Of a stretch of 54,853 nt of DNA, positions 1 through 11,643 are shown piece after piece. Positions within the stretch are counted from its first letter, which is position 1, and each line of letters starts with the position of its first letter. Under the pieces are notes generated by a model, which did no database searches, had not been told where the DNA came from, and saw nothing but the letters and a program-made list of their open reading frames with translations. A program made the translations under genes and the position numbers. This DNA comes from Chiloscyllium plagiosum (Eukaryota): NCBI RefSeq assembly GCF_004010195.1, contig NC_057718.1, positions 90,346,933-90,401,785 on the forward strand, in the 5' to 3' direction.

Positions 1-500
1 TCCTATTCATATACCCATCCAAATGCCTCTTAAATGTTGCAATTGTACCAGCCTCCACCACATCCTCTGGCTGGTCATTCTATACACGTACCACCTTCTG
101 CGTGAAAAGTTTGCCCCTTAGGTCTCTTTTATATCTTTCCCCTCTCACCCTAAACCTATGCCCTCTAGTTCTGGACTCCCTGACCTCAGGGAAAACACTT
201 TGTCTATTTATCCTAACCATGCCCCTCATAATTTTGTAAACCTCTATAAGGTCACCCCTCAGCCTCCGACGCTCCAGGGAAAACAGCCCCAGCCTGTTCA
301 GCCTCTCCCTATACCTCAAATCCTCCAACCCTGGCAACATCCTTGTAAATCTTTTCTGAACCCTTTCAAGTTTCACAACATCTTTCCGATAGGAAGGAGA
401 CCAGAACTGCACGCAATATTCCAACAGTGGCCTAACCAATGTCCTGTACAGTCCCAACGTGACCACCCAACTCCTGTACTCAATACTCTGACCAATAAAG
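1..500 (-). mobile_element. CR1 LINE ORF2 (RT C-terminal) fragment
   Basis: ORF 80..511 reads LYRTLVRPLLEYCVQFWSP...LERVQKRFTRMLPG...RRRLRGDLIEVYKIM, the typical CR1 RT C-terminus. Confidence 0.95.
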
Positions 501-876
501 GAAAGTTTCACAACGGATTTGGTAGAGATAATAAGGTTACAGCTTGAGGTGAGTTAATAATCTTTTAACTGAATTAAATACTGATGGCATTTACTCCAAA
601 TTAATCAATTTTTCATTTCTAACTGCATTAGGTTTTAAATAGGGTTATAAATGTTGTGATTTAATAATACTTGTGACATTACATCAAAAATAATTCTGCA
701 TTCCTCAATAACACATTCTTTAATTGAATATCAGAATTGATTTGATGTCATTGTTCTAATTTTCTAATGTATTGTTCTAATTTTTAAAAAATCTGTAAAA
801 CAAAATAATTATTAAAACAAAGAAACCTCAAGGTTTGTGATTTTCATCAAAAAAAACTGACTACTAATAAATACAC

Positions 877-1071
877 ATGATGTGGGGATGCTGGTGTTGC
901 ACTGAGGTGAACAAAATCAGAAATCACACAACACCAGGTTATAGTCCAACAGGTTTATTTGAAATCACAAACTTTTGGAGCTCTGCTCCTTCATCAGGTG
1001 AAGTGCTCTGAAAATGTGCGATTTCAAATAAACCTATTGGACTATAACCTGGTGCTGTGTGAATTCAGACT
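877..1071. mobile_element. Penelope-derived fold-back element with degenerate hammerhead core
   Basis: 919-981 is an inverted repeat of 1005-1070; minus strand reads CTGATGA-AGGAGC-AGA-GCTCC-AAAA; flanked by taataaatacac (865-876) and taataaatgcac (1072-1083). Confidence 0.75.
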
Positions 1072-2224
1072 TAATAAATGCACGGTATCTTAAATAGCCA
1101 GCTACAGTGAAGTTATTAAAAGCACGAGCAATGCAGTTACTTATAAATTAAATTTGACCTTTGTAAATCTAATCTTCTATATTTTTTCTCCATTTCATAT
1201 GTACCCTCAATATTGTTAGGTCGGATGTTCATCAAACATTAAAATATTTAAATATTTGGCTGAGTATCCTAAGACTCACATTGCAACGTTGGGGCTGCAC
1301 ATTAGCATCTGGTAATTGTCCTGTGGTTGTAAACTTCCCACTGACCGCAGAGACTCTAGCGTCCGGTCAGGACTCTCCCGATTGAACAATTCTTTATCCC
1401 TGGAGTTCTGCATTTATCCCTCTCTCCCCTTGGCTATACCAGAAGTTTAACTCATTATTAATGATTCCTTTTTGAACATTTTAGGAATGTGCAACATTAG
1501 CTAAGATTTGGTATCGTGCCTGCACCCTTCTTGTTCTGAAACTTAAAAGTGATCTGCTTGAACCTGGAACTGGCCCCTATACTAAACAAATGTTGCCCTT
1601 TTCTTTTCCACTGTTGTTTATCTCCACAGCAATCTGGTCACATGATCATTTACTAGCAGTAAGATGCTTTTCATTTTGCCAGCATTCTAGAGAAACTTCA
1701 TTCTGAGGTTAAATAGAAAACATTTTCTTATAAGAATTTTGTCAAAAGCACATGGATCCATGTCAAGGCAGTTGGACTGAAAATGATCAAAGCAGTTACT
1801 TTTCTTTCACAAGTGAGAGTATTGTACTAAACCTTATGCTCCTAAAGTTCTCTAGCGACGTAGGACTTTCGGGATTATCCACTGAACGACATTAAGGTGC
1901 CATGTACATCTGATGAATTTGGTGGTGATGGCAATCCATCACAGGAATCTTGATTGTACCTGACATATATATGAGGAATTCCTGCTGGCACCATTTCAGC
2001 GCAGCTTAATGATGCGTGAGGATTACAGTGTGTGCCAGTGGAGAGCTGCAGCAACAGGTGAGGACAAGAGGATGTGCAAGTTAATGAAGTAGTGGAGCTG
2101 ATGATAGTGAAGTAGATGGTGTGAATGAAGACCACTTGACAAGACAGAGTGACTGTACAAAGCCGAGGTACATTTAGCCTTTGCTCACATATTTCAAGCT
2201 GGTTAGACCATTGAAGAATTTAGA

Positions 2225-2545
2225 GTAGATTAGATTCCCTACAGTGTGGAAATAGGCCCTTCGGCCCAACAAGTCCACACCGATCCTCTGAAGAGTATCC
2301 CACCCAGACCCATTTCCCTCTGACTAATGCACCTAACACAATGGGCAAATTTAGATGGCCAATTCACCTGGCATGCACACCTTTGGACTGTGGGAAGAAA
2401 CCGGAGCACCCAAAGGAAACCCACACAGACACGGGGAGAATATGCAAACTCCACGCAGACAGTCACTCGAGGGTGGAATCGAACCTGAGTCCCTGGCACT
2501 GTGAGGCAGCAGTGCTAACCACTGAGCCACCATGCCACCCTGTGA
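2225..2545 (-). mobile_element. HE1-like tRNA-derived V-SINE
   Basis: minus strand has ggcatggtggctcagtggttagcactgctgcctcacag (A box), ggttcgattcc (B box), V-domain tgtgtgggtttcc and a CR1-type tail. Confidence 0.9.
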
Positions 2546-2667
2546 CATGATTTGCTTGACATGATCACGGACCTCAGGGTAACCATAAGACCATTAGACC
2601 ATTGATGTAGAAGCAGAATTAAGCCATTAAGCTTATGCTGGGTGCCCTTTCATTCAAATCTCTTTGA

Positions 2668-3012
2668 GGATGGTATGATGGCTCAGTGGTTAGCACTTCT
2701 GCCTCGCAGCGTCAGGGACCCAGGTTCGGTTCCGTCCTTGGATAACTGTCTGTGTGGAGTTTGCACATTCTTCCCGTGTCTGTGTGGGTTTTCTTTGGGT
2801 GCTCTGGTTTCTTCCCACAGTCCAAAGGTGTGCAGATTAGGTGAATTGGCCATGCTAAATTGCCCATAGTGTTCAGGGTTCTGCAGACTGGGTGGATTAG
2901 CCGTGGTAAATGCAGGGGTAGGGGGAAAGGATCGGGGGTGTGCTGCTCTTTGCAGAGTTGGTATGAGCTGGATGGCCTGCTTTCACACTATAGGGATTCT
3001 GTGATTCTATTC
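2668..3012 (+). mobile_element. HE1-like V-SINE nested in a CR1 3' fragment
   Basis: gatggctcagtggttagcact...ggttcggttcc...tgtggagtttgcacattc; the CR1 tail at 2585-2635 continues at about 3015. Confidence 0.85.
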
Positions 3013-3014
3013 TA

Positions 3015-3440
3015 AGTCTGCTGCACCATTCAAACATGGCTGATCCATTTCTCAACCCCATTCTACTGCCTTCTCCCCATAACTTGTGATGCCTCTACTA
3101 ATCAAGAGCAAATCTATCTCTCTCTCTCAAATACTCTCAAAGACCTGGCCTCCATAGCCTTCTGTGCCAATGCATTCCACAGATTAACTATGCATTTCCA
3201 AGTACTCAGCTACCTCTTCCTTAACGACGGACTGGAAAATCTTGCCAGTGACCAAGGTCAAACTAATCAGCCGCGTTCCCTTCTTAAGCAGGAGAGTTAC
3301 ATTAACCAGTTTACTGTTTTCTGGGACCCTCGCTGACTCCAGTGATTCATGAAAAGTTACCACCAACTCCTCCACAATCTTCTCAACTATCTCCTTCAGA
3401 ACTCTGGGATGGAGTCCACCTGATCTGGAAACAGTTCACC
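3015..3440 (-). mobile_element. CR1 LINE fragments
   Basis: ORF 3184..3375 (VPENSKLVNVTLLLKKG...LISLTLVTGKIF) resembles the CR1 RT N-terminal motif. Confidence 0.8.
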
Positions 3441-3694
3441 TACTCATTTCTTCTGCTGGCAGAATTCCCAGGGATACGTGCATGCACTTGGAGAGAGGCC
3501 TGCCCATCCTTGAAGCCATCACTAGCTTTCCTTTGCAACGCAGAGACCTCATCTCTGGGTGCCCTCCTCCGTTTCAATTCTGAATTAGGCCCTCAAGTCA
3601 TCAGCGAGAATCTACTCCGTGTGGGTCTGCTCACAAAACCCAGAATAAGAAGTCCATAGACGTCGTCTGTTCTTTCTTGTTCATTATCGAGAGC

Positions 3695-4090
3695 CTGGAG
3701 CTGGAAAAGCACAGCAGGTCAGGCAGCATCTGAGCAGCAGGAGAGTCAACATTTCAGCCCAAAATGCCAACTCTCCCGCTCCTCGGATGCTGCCTGAGCT
3801 GCTGTGCTTTTCCAACACCACACTCTCGACTCTGATCTCCAGCATCTGCAGTCCTCACTTTCTCCAAGTCAAAATTCTGAGGCTTGACAGGATAGGTGTC
3901 AAAAAGATGTTTCCCTATGTGGGACAGTCTGATGCCAGAGGGATGATCCCACAATAAAGGGTCGCATATGAAGGGCTTTTGCCTGAAATGTTAACTCTCC
4001 TGCCCCTCGGATGCTGCCTGACCTGCTGTGCTTTTCCAACACCACACTCTCGACTCTGACCTCCAGCATCTGCAGCCCTCACTTTCTCCC
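3695..4090. mobile_element. Two Penelope-derived terminal repeats, the first with an inverted copy, separated by a short CR1 piece
   Basis: ggaaaagcacagcaggtcaggcagcatc inverted against gatgctgcctgagctgctgtgcttttcc; the gatctccagcatctgcagtcctcactttctcc tail occurs twice. Confidence 0.8.
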
Positions 4091-5081
4091 ATGCTTGTTC
4101 ATTGCACATTCCTGCCTTGGTGGTAAAATTGGTGCCAAAGTGATTTGCAAATAGAAAATATCCTCCACTATATTCCAGTTGCTCATATTAGGAACGTTGA
4201 ATGAGAAATGGGTGAAATCTCCACAGTGTGCTAATGGAACAAGTTACGTTTTATGAATAAATGCAACTTTTTAAAATTTCAATCGGGCAGCCAAAAGCAG
4301 TGTAAGCATTTCATAGCTCCACATCACTTTATGCAAGGCTGCTTTCAGCTCTGAGGTGATTCACTGGCAACTATCCAATTCAGTACGAATTGTAAAATTC
4401 AAGGAAAGGTGCTGAAGCTTTTCCTGGCTTGGCCTCTCCCCCAGCTCATTGGTTTCCAGAAGGATGTCATTTCTGGGGATTTTCATGCACTTTTCCATCT
4501 TGCACTTTTTGTACGTGGGTCTCAAGTCTCTTGTGAACCCGCTTTCATAATTTCCAGGCCTCATGGAGACCTTGTACACTGTCAGGCTCAAGCAATCCCC
4601 ATTCCACTTTGTTGTCCTCCCAATATAGATGGTGGTAACCTCACCCCCAACACACTTAACCTATGCTCATTTAAGATTGATGGTTAACTAGATTTACTAT
4701 CTGATATTGGGCCACGTTTTTAACAGTGTAGAAATGAATGGGCTTTGAGTGAATTATCTTTCATGACCACATTCCTAGACTCCTCCCAGCCCACATCTGC
4801 CATGATGTCCTTCCTCCACTCACGCCACACCTCACCCTGCTCTTGTCCCAAATTGCACAGTGTTCCTGCGATCACTGAGCCTCGCTCTCTCAGGACTACT
4901 GTTGCTACTGCGTTCCAGTCTGCATACAGCATGATTATCAGCCCCGTCCCAGACCAGAGACTAGGCGCTAGACCTTCCAAGTCAAGAGCTGCAGTCAGGC
5001 AAACATGGCTCCATCTTACGCTGTGCAAATAATCTCAAATAACTATGGCAGCTCCACTACTATGAGACCTTAGGCCTATAA

Positions 5082-5306
5082 CAGGGCTCCTCCACAATCC
5101 AAGAGAATTGCCTTCCTACGAAACCTTTTGTAAGCCAAAATGGCGCAAAGCAAAGGAGCATTTATATGGGAAAGATTCCGCCTTTCTTCGTAAAAGCAAA
5201 AATCCTCTTCAGATTTCTTTCGGTTAGCGAAAATAGGTACTAATATAGGTCTTTCGTAAAAATGAAGTGGCATAAAGCGAACTTTCAAAAGGCAGGGGAC
5301 ACCTGT
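5082..5306. mobile_element. Tc1/mariner (Tigger/pogo-like) MITE
   Basis: cagg...cctg-ta ends, imperfect terminal inverted repeats, internal cgtaaaagc/cgaaa motifs. Confidence 0.6.
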
Positions 5307-5614
5307 ATCCGAAGTGCTTTGGGCCTCCATATTATTCTTCAGGGGACAAACTCTGTTTTATCTTAACCAGCTGTAAAAGTCTCATTTATTGTAATGTATC
5401 AGAATCTGACAGCGCAGAAGATGACCATTCAGCCCATTGTGTTTGTGCTGGCTCTTTGAAAATATGATCCAATTAGTTCCATGCCCCTCCTCTTTTGCTG
5501 AGGCCCTTCAATTGATTTAATGGGGGCGAAATAGTCCACACATCGATGTAGATGTCCCAGTGATGTTACCAGCTAGAACTTTGATATGGAATTCAAGCAA
5601 CCGGCATTGCAATC

Positions 5615-6060
5615 GGCCACTGTTGGAATATTGCGTGAAATGCTGGTCTCCTTCCTATCGGAAAGATGTTGTGAAACTTGGAAGGGTTCAGAAAAGATTT
5701 ACAAGGATGTAGCCTGGGTTGGAGGATTTGTGCTATAGGGAGAGGTTGAACAGGCTGGGGCTGTTTTCCCTGGAGTGTCGGAGGCTGAAAGTTTATAAAA
5801 TCATGAGGGGCATGTTTAGGATAAATAGACAAAATCTTTTCCCTGGGGTGGGGGAAGTCCAGAACTAGAGGGCATAGGCTTAGGGTGAGAGGGGCAAGAT
5901 ATAAAAGAGACCTAAGGGACAAATTTTTCAGGGTTTAGAGAGATATGAGCCAGGTGCTGGCAGGTGGGACTAGATTGGATTGGGATATCTGGTCAGCGTG
6001 GACAAGTTGGACCGAAGGGTCTGTTTCCATGCTGTACATCTCTATGACTCTGACTCTGAC
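5615..6060 (+). mobile_element. CR1 LINE 3' fragment
   Basis: ggccactgttggaatattgc...gaagggtctgtttccatgctgtacatctctatgactctgactct tail. Confidence 0.9.
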
Positions 6061-6412
6061 GGTAACTGTCAGTGGTATGTGGATATGCACGTAGGCAGGT
6101 AAATGTGGAAATTCAGAAGCTGCTGTTGATAATTTCAGGTCACTCCAGAGGGAGTACTGCTTGCAATCTCTTAGACTGAAAATCAATTATAAATTTGATG
6201 AGAACTTGTACTTTTACATTATCTACTCCACTGTAAATTGTTGGTCCAGAATTTACACCCCTCGCAGTGTATTAAGCTTCTAACCATTGCTGAACAGTCT
6301 GTTAAACTGTATTTAAAGTTTTCAAATTTTTCCATTACGACAAAAACCAACTCATGTTTGATTTTTTTTGCTTGCTTATGATATAAGTTGTTTGTTTATG
6401 ATAATAAAATGG

Positions 6413-6750
6413 AGGAGGCAATGGCCTAGTGGTATTATCACTGGACTGTTAATCCAGAGGCTCAGATCAAGTCCTGGGGACCCAGGTTTAAATCTTGCCA
6501 TGGCAGATAATGGAAGTAGAATTCAATAAAAATCTGGAATTAAAAGTCTAATGATGACCATGAATTGATTGGTTGGGGAAAAACCTATCTGGTTCACTAA
6601 TGTCCTTTAGGGAAGAAACTACCATCCTTGTCTGGTCTACATGTGACTCAAGACTCACAGCAATGTGGTTTACTCTTAACGGTCCTCTGGGCAATTAGGG
6701 ATGGGCAATAAATGCTGGCCCAGCCAGTGATGTCCTCATCCTATAATGAA
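6413..6750 (+). mobile_element. tRNA-derived SINE, second family (also about 40082-40285 +, 43905-44220 -, 49553-49790 +)
   Basis: A box tggcctagtgg, B-box-like ggtttaaatc, LINE-like tail ggcaataaatgctggcc; four related copies in the window. Confidence 0.75.
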
Positions 6751-7267
6751 ATAATTTTTTTCAGAAATGGCCTCTCTCATAATTCTGCCTATGTATTCCA
6801 ATTGTTTGTTTGCCTGGCTGTAAGATTTAATTGCAAATAAAGGATAATAGATGTCTTTTCCACGCTGGTTTTGCTGTACGTGAGAATACTTTAATATGAT
6901 TGGTGCTTGTCCTGCTTGATGACATAACTGTCTCTGGACCCTGAAGATCCCTTTCATTGGTTGCGAGGTTAAGCTGACTTTGGAAAATGGGAACTCTGGG
7001 CCACAGAGATCGCTAGATCTTTGTCGCCAACTTTGTTTGAGATCAACAGTGAGTGCTGTCATTTCATTGGCTGCAAAACTCAGTTCAATGATTCAGCAGC
7101 AGCAAAGTAGAACAATGTTCATCCAAAATGGACAGTTGACAGATGGAAATTGGGGTTTTGACTCATTGAACCTCAAGTGGACCAAAAGTGAGGAGAAATA
7201 TAACTATCGTCTTAACTGAGTTAAGAAACCCCGCAACTGGAAAGACTAGGAATGTCTACTTTTTAAT

Positions 7268-7536
7268 GATGTGTGTGTGTGTACATGTGTGTTATTGTGT
7301 GTGCATGTGCATGTGTATTTGTGTGTGTGTGAGTATTTATTGTATGTGTGTATATGTGTGTGCATGTGCACGCGTGTGTGTTATTGTGTGTATATGCTTG
7401 TATGTGTTATTGTCCGTGTGTGCATGTGTGTTATTGTGTGTGTATGTGTTATTGTGTATGTATGTGTTATTGTGTGTATGTGTTTGTGTATGTCTGTGTG
7501 TGTGTGTGCGTGTGCGTGTGCGCGCGTGTGTCTGTG
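7268..7536. repeat. (TG)n-rich compound microsatellite
   Basis: imperfect tgtgtg and tgttattgtgtg arrays. Confidence 0.95.
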
Positions 7537-7611
7537 GTGAGGGAAGTGGGTGTTGGATCTCAGACCCTCACATTAATTGGGTCCTGGATGTGAGGAGATA
7601 TGCGGAGTGTG

Positions 7612-7752
7612 AGGAGGAGAAAGTGAGGACTGCAGATGCTGAAGATCAGATGAAGCTCTTCCTGATGAAGAGCTTAGGCCCAAAGCATCGACTCTCCTGC
7701 TCCTCGGATGCTGCCTGACCTGCTGTGCTTTTCCAGTGCCACACTTTTCGAT
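7612..7752. mobile_element. Penelope-derived terminal repeat with degenerate hammerhead
   Basis: gagaaagtgaggactgcagatgctg followed by ctgatgaagagcttaggcccaaagcatcg...gatgctgcctgacctgctgtgc. Confidence 0.75.
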
Positions 7753-8444
7753 GATGCAGAGTATGAGTTGGACTGGACATGGCTTAGTGATGCAAGCGAG
7801 AGGCATTGGGAACCAGAGGAGCTGGGGAGGGGCGGGGCAGCGATCTAGTGTCAACAGCTTTGGGGGCAGAGGGCACAGAGACATCTCTGTCAGCAGTGGC
7901 GATCAGAAGATTGCATTGAGTGAGCATTCCACTGTTGGACCAGGGACCTCATGTGTGCATTAGATCCTTAATGTACCAGTGTGGGCCTCTTATGTATTCA
8001 TACCTGAAATTACAGTGTAGGCGTACTTCATGTCTGAAATGTGGTTGTGCTTCCTGTTGGCCATTTTGCATACTTAGTAGGCTGTGTAGTGCCTGAAAAA
8101 CATATGTATGAACCTAATTTCTAGGACAAGAGTCTTATCCTCTGTTCTACAATTACTTCAAGCTTGTCTGGGTTTATAGATTGATTCAAAGGAAGTAAAT
8201 CACTAGGTATAATTTACGGTACTTATTTCTCTTCTGACAGTCTCATACTGGGAGTGCTACTGTCCCTAGTCATTAGCTAGGAAATTGCTACTCAGTTCAT
8301 TTTAAATCAATGTGGATTGAGGCTGTGCCTTTTATGAACTTCCATCTGGTAATCATGACAAATTTTCAAGCGGCATTGGCAATTTTTTTTAACATATATC
8401 AGACTTGCTGTGCAGCATTCTGAAAAATTAATGGCTTGCCTTAC

Positions 8445-8532
8445 AGTTGGCACTTTGGTGCATAATATTCCTTTTGTCATGAGGCGTATTCTGTCGGACA
8501 GCATTAACCCATGGAGAATTATGTCAAGGCTT
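8445..8532 (-). CDS. Candidate internal coding exon, unidentified gene (SLDIILHGLMLSDRIRLMTKGILCTKVPT)
   Basis: strong acceptor gtttttactttgccacag, donor ACT|gtaagg, only one open frame, non-repetitive context. Confidence 0.3.
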
Positions 8533-8729
8533 CTGTGGCAAAGTAAAAACACAGGAGTGAGCCACGCTACAACAGCAGTTGAAGAGTATTGGAAGATTGA
8601 GTTTTTTGTATGTCCATGGTGGGCTTATATATACATATACATATAGATATACACAGTGTGGAAGGAGACCTCTCAGGCTGTCATGAGCCAACAAGGAACT
8701 ATCCCATCTTTTTCTAAACCTCTGGCCAG

Positions 8730-9637
8730 TAGATATGTTTGAACTGTAAGACTCTATCGGTGATCTACCTCCAATCATGGGATTAGATGTTGTAGTGGGC
8801 CGTGATGGAAGTTGAGAAGTGACTTAATTGAGACATATAAGCTAATCAGAAGGTTACATAGGGTGGACAGGGAGAGCTGGGCACTTTCTTGTACTTTTTA
8901 TGTGCATTTCTGCTTCCACCACCTGCATCTGTCAATGAACAGAGCAACTAGAAACTGCTGAACGAGACTGTAAAAATACACTCAATAATGGAACATTCCT
9001 AGTCCTTTGGGATGGAGAGGGATTCTCACATTGTTTTGGATGAGGAACCAACAAGAGCAGGAAATGTGGTGGGCAAGGCGACTTAATATGGCAGGAGCCA
9101 AAATCTTGATTTCCCGATGACAGGTAGAGATATAGAGACGAAGTCAGCAGTGTTTTTTTGTAATATGTCGAGCCTCATACCATCTGCCCCAGCCAATTCA
9201 GCTTCTCCCTATCGCTCAAACCCTCCAACCCTGGCAACGTCCTTGTAAATCTTTTCTGAACCCTTTCAAGTTTCACAACATCCTTCCGATAGGAGGGCGA
9301 CCAGAATTGCACACAGTATTCCAAAAGTGGCCTAACCAATGAGTGACTCTTTCTCAGAACTAAAACATTAACTCGGATTTTTCTCCACAGATGCTGCCAG
9401 ACCTGCTGAGCTTTTCCAGAAATTTCTGTTTTTGTTTGGAATTTTCCATGGCAATCCATCACCATCCTCGGAAAAAGGCTCGCACTGTCCACCCTATCTA
9501 ACCCTCTGATTAGCTTATATGTCTCAATTAAGTCACCTCTCAACTTCCATCACTGCCCACTACAACACAGGATGTGGTGTCTAATCCCATGATTGGAGGT
9601 AGATCACCGATAGAGTCTTACAGTTCAAACATATCTA
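8730..9637. repeat. About 145-bp inverted duplication (8730-8870 vs 9485-9637)
   Basis: tagatatgtttgaactgtaagactc...gggtggacag is the reverse complement of ctgtccacc...cagttcaaacatatcta. Confidence 0.9.
9180..9545 (-). mobile_element. CR1 fragments interrupted by a Penelope-type tail (about 9350-9450)
   Basis: ORF 9175..9543 joins RGDLIETYK and LVRPLLEYCVQFWSP around cacagatgctgccagacctgctgag. Confidence 0.8.
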
Positions 9638-10224
9638 TGCAGCCTCTGAGTTACTATTGCATGTATAAAGTTTTATCTCCAAATATAGAACCCACATTAT
9701 TGTTTTACCAATCCATGTCATACAATGGGAAGCTTTCATGAAACTAGTTCAACCGAATTAAATCAATAAAGCCAAATTTCACATGATTAAAAAGGTGCCA
9801 ATTCTTTCAAAGGGCCACTGTATCTAAAATCAATGGTTCAAATTAATTTATGCAAATCAAAATCAAAATGCCATATTCAAAATTAATAAAGCACTGCAGC
9901 CCTTGTGCTGCTCAACGGCCTACAAAAGGTTCCAAGCAGGCCAGTGGATCCTCTGTATCCCTCTCCAAGGTCACCCGTGGTTGGATAAAGAGGGCAGGCA
10001 GTCAAGCTGAAGGACTCCTGCAACCTCTTGCTGCTTGGACTCCTTTCTGGGCCCCTGGGCCGGCCCCATGAGCAAGACCCAGGAGGCGGTCCTCTGATGT
10101 GCCAGCACACATTCTTCATCCAGTGTTCAAAGATATCGAGTGTGGGCTGAACTGCAATTAAGATTTGAGAAGCCGTCTCCTCAGAAAGTGAAAGAGAGAT
10201 GCAAACTACCACATCCAGCGGGCA

Positions 10225-11093
10225 NNNNNNNNNNNNNNNNNNNNNNNNNNNNNNNNNNNNNNNNNNNNNNNNNNNNNNNNNNNNNNNNNNNNNNNNNNNN
10301 NNNNNNNNNNNNNNNNNNNNNNNNNNNNNNNNNNNNNNNNNNNNNNNNNNNNNNNNNNNNNNNNNNNNNNNNNNNNNNNNNNNNNNNNNNNNNNNNNNNN
10401 NNNNNNNNNNNNNNNNNNNNNNNNNNNNNNNNNNNNNNNNNNNNNNNNNNNNNNNNNNNNNNNNNNNNNNNNNNNNNNNNNNNNNNNNNNNNNNNNNNNN
10501 NNNNNNNNNNNNNNNNNNNNNNNNNNNNNNNNNNNNNNNNNNNNNNNNNNNNNNNNNNNNNNNNNNNNNNNNNNNNNNNNNNNNNNNNNNNNNNNNNNNN
10601 NNNNNNNNNNNNNNNNNNNNNNNNNNNNNNNNNNNNNNNNNNNNNNNNNNNNNNNNNNNNNNNNNNNNNNNNNNNNNNNNNNNNNNNNNNNNNNNNNNNN
10701 NNNNNNNNNNNNNNNNNNNNNNNNNNNNNNNNNNNNNNNNNNNNNNNNNNNNNNNNNNNNNNNNNNNNNNNNNNNNNNNNNNNNNNNNNNNNNNNNNNNN
10801 NNNNNNNNNNNNNNNNNNNNNNNNNNNNNNNNNNNNNNNNNNNNNNNNNNNNNNNNNNNNNNNNNNNNNNNNNNNNNNNNNNNNNNNNNNNNNNNNNNNN
10901 NNNNNNNNNNNNNNNNNNNNNNNNNNNNNNNNNNNNNNNNNNNNNNNNNNNNNNNNNNNNNNNNNNNNNNNNNNNNNNNNNNNNNNNNNNNNNNNNNNNN
11001 NNNNNNNNNNNNNNNNNNNNNNNNNNNNNNNNNNNNNNNNNNNNNNNNNNNNNNNNNNNNNNNNNNNNNNNNNNNNNNNNNNNNNNNNNNNNN
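10225..11093. other. Assembly gap; 9970-10224 is identical to 11094-11348
   Basis: N run, with the same 255 bp on both sides. Confidence 0.97.
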
Positions 11094-11643
11094 GTCACCC
11101 GTGGTTGGATAAAGAGGGCAGGCAGTCAAGCTGAAGGACTCCTGCAACCTCTTGCTGCTTGGACTCCTTTCTGGGCCCCTGGGCCGGCCCCATGAGCAAG
11201 ACCCAGGAGGCGGTCCTCTGATGTGCCAGCACACATTCTTCATCCAGTGTTCAAAGATATCGAGTGTGGGCTGAACTGCAATTAAGATTTGAGAAGCCGT
11301 CTCCTCAGAAAGTGAAAGAGAGATGCAAACTACCACATCCAGCGGGCACGGCAGTGTTTACCAGGATTTGGGACAGAGAGAGGGAGAGAGAGGCAGAGAG
11401 ACTTAGCCTGAGGTGTACCTGGCCAAAATGGAGGTGTGAACTTGCATGTGAATTGGAAAGTCCAGATTTGGGAGGAGGCTGGAAGATTTGGGAGGATTTG
11501 GGAAACGATGGCTTCATTTTTTTCTCTACTTTTTGAACACATTATCCTAACAGACAGTTAACTTTAATATAAGTCCACCTTAACTTCTTTCCTTATACCT
11601 GTATAACATTTAATAAAGACAAATTTCATCCAAACTCTATCAG

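Noticed and set aside
2239..2869. Recurring ORFs such as VAQWLALLPHS and DCGRKPEHPEETH
   Set aside because: These are frames of the HE1-like SINE, not genes.
4600..4640. TIYIGRT as a GIY-YIG motif
   Set aside because: It lacks the upstream GIY/CxxC and downstream R..EH motifs seen in the real Penelope remnants.
7188..7718. Cys/Val-rich ORFs, also His/Thr-rich ORFs at 24733-25567 and 47373-47684
   Set aside because: They are translations of TG/CA microsatellites.
10140..11336. ORFs of 305-376 aa
   Set aside because: They are artefacts of translating the N gap.
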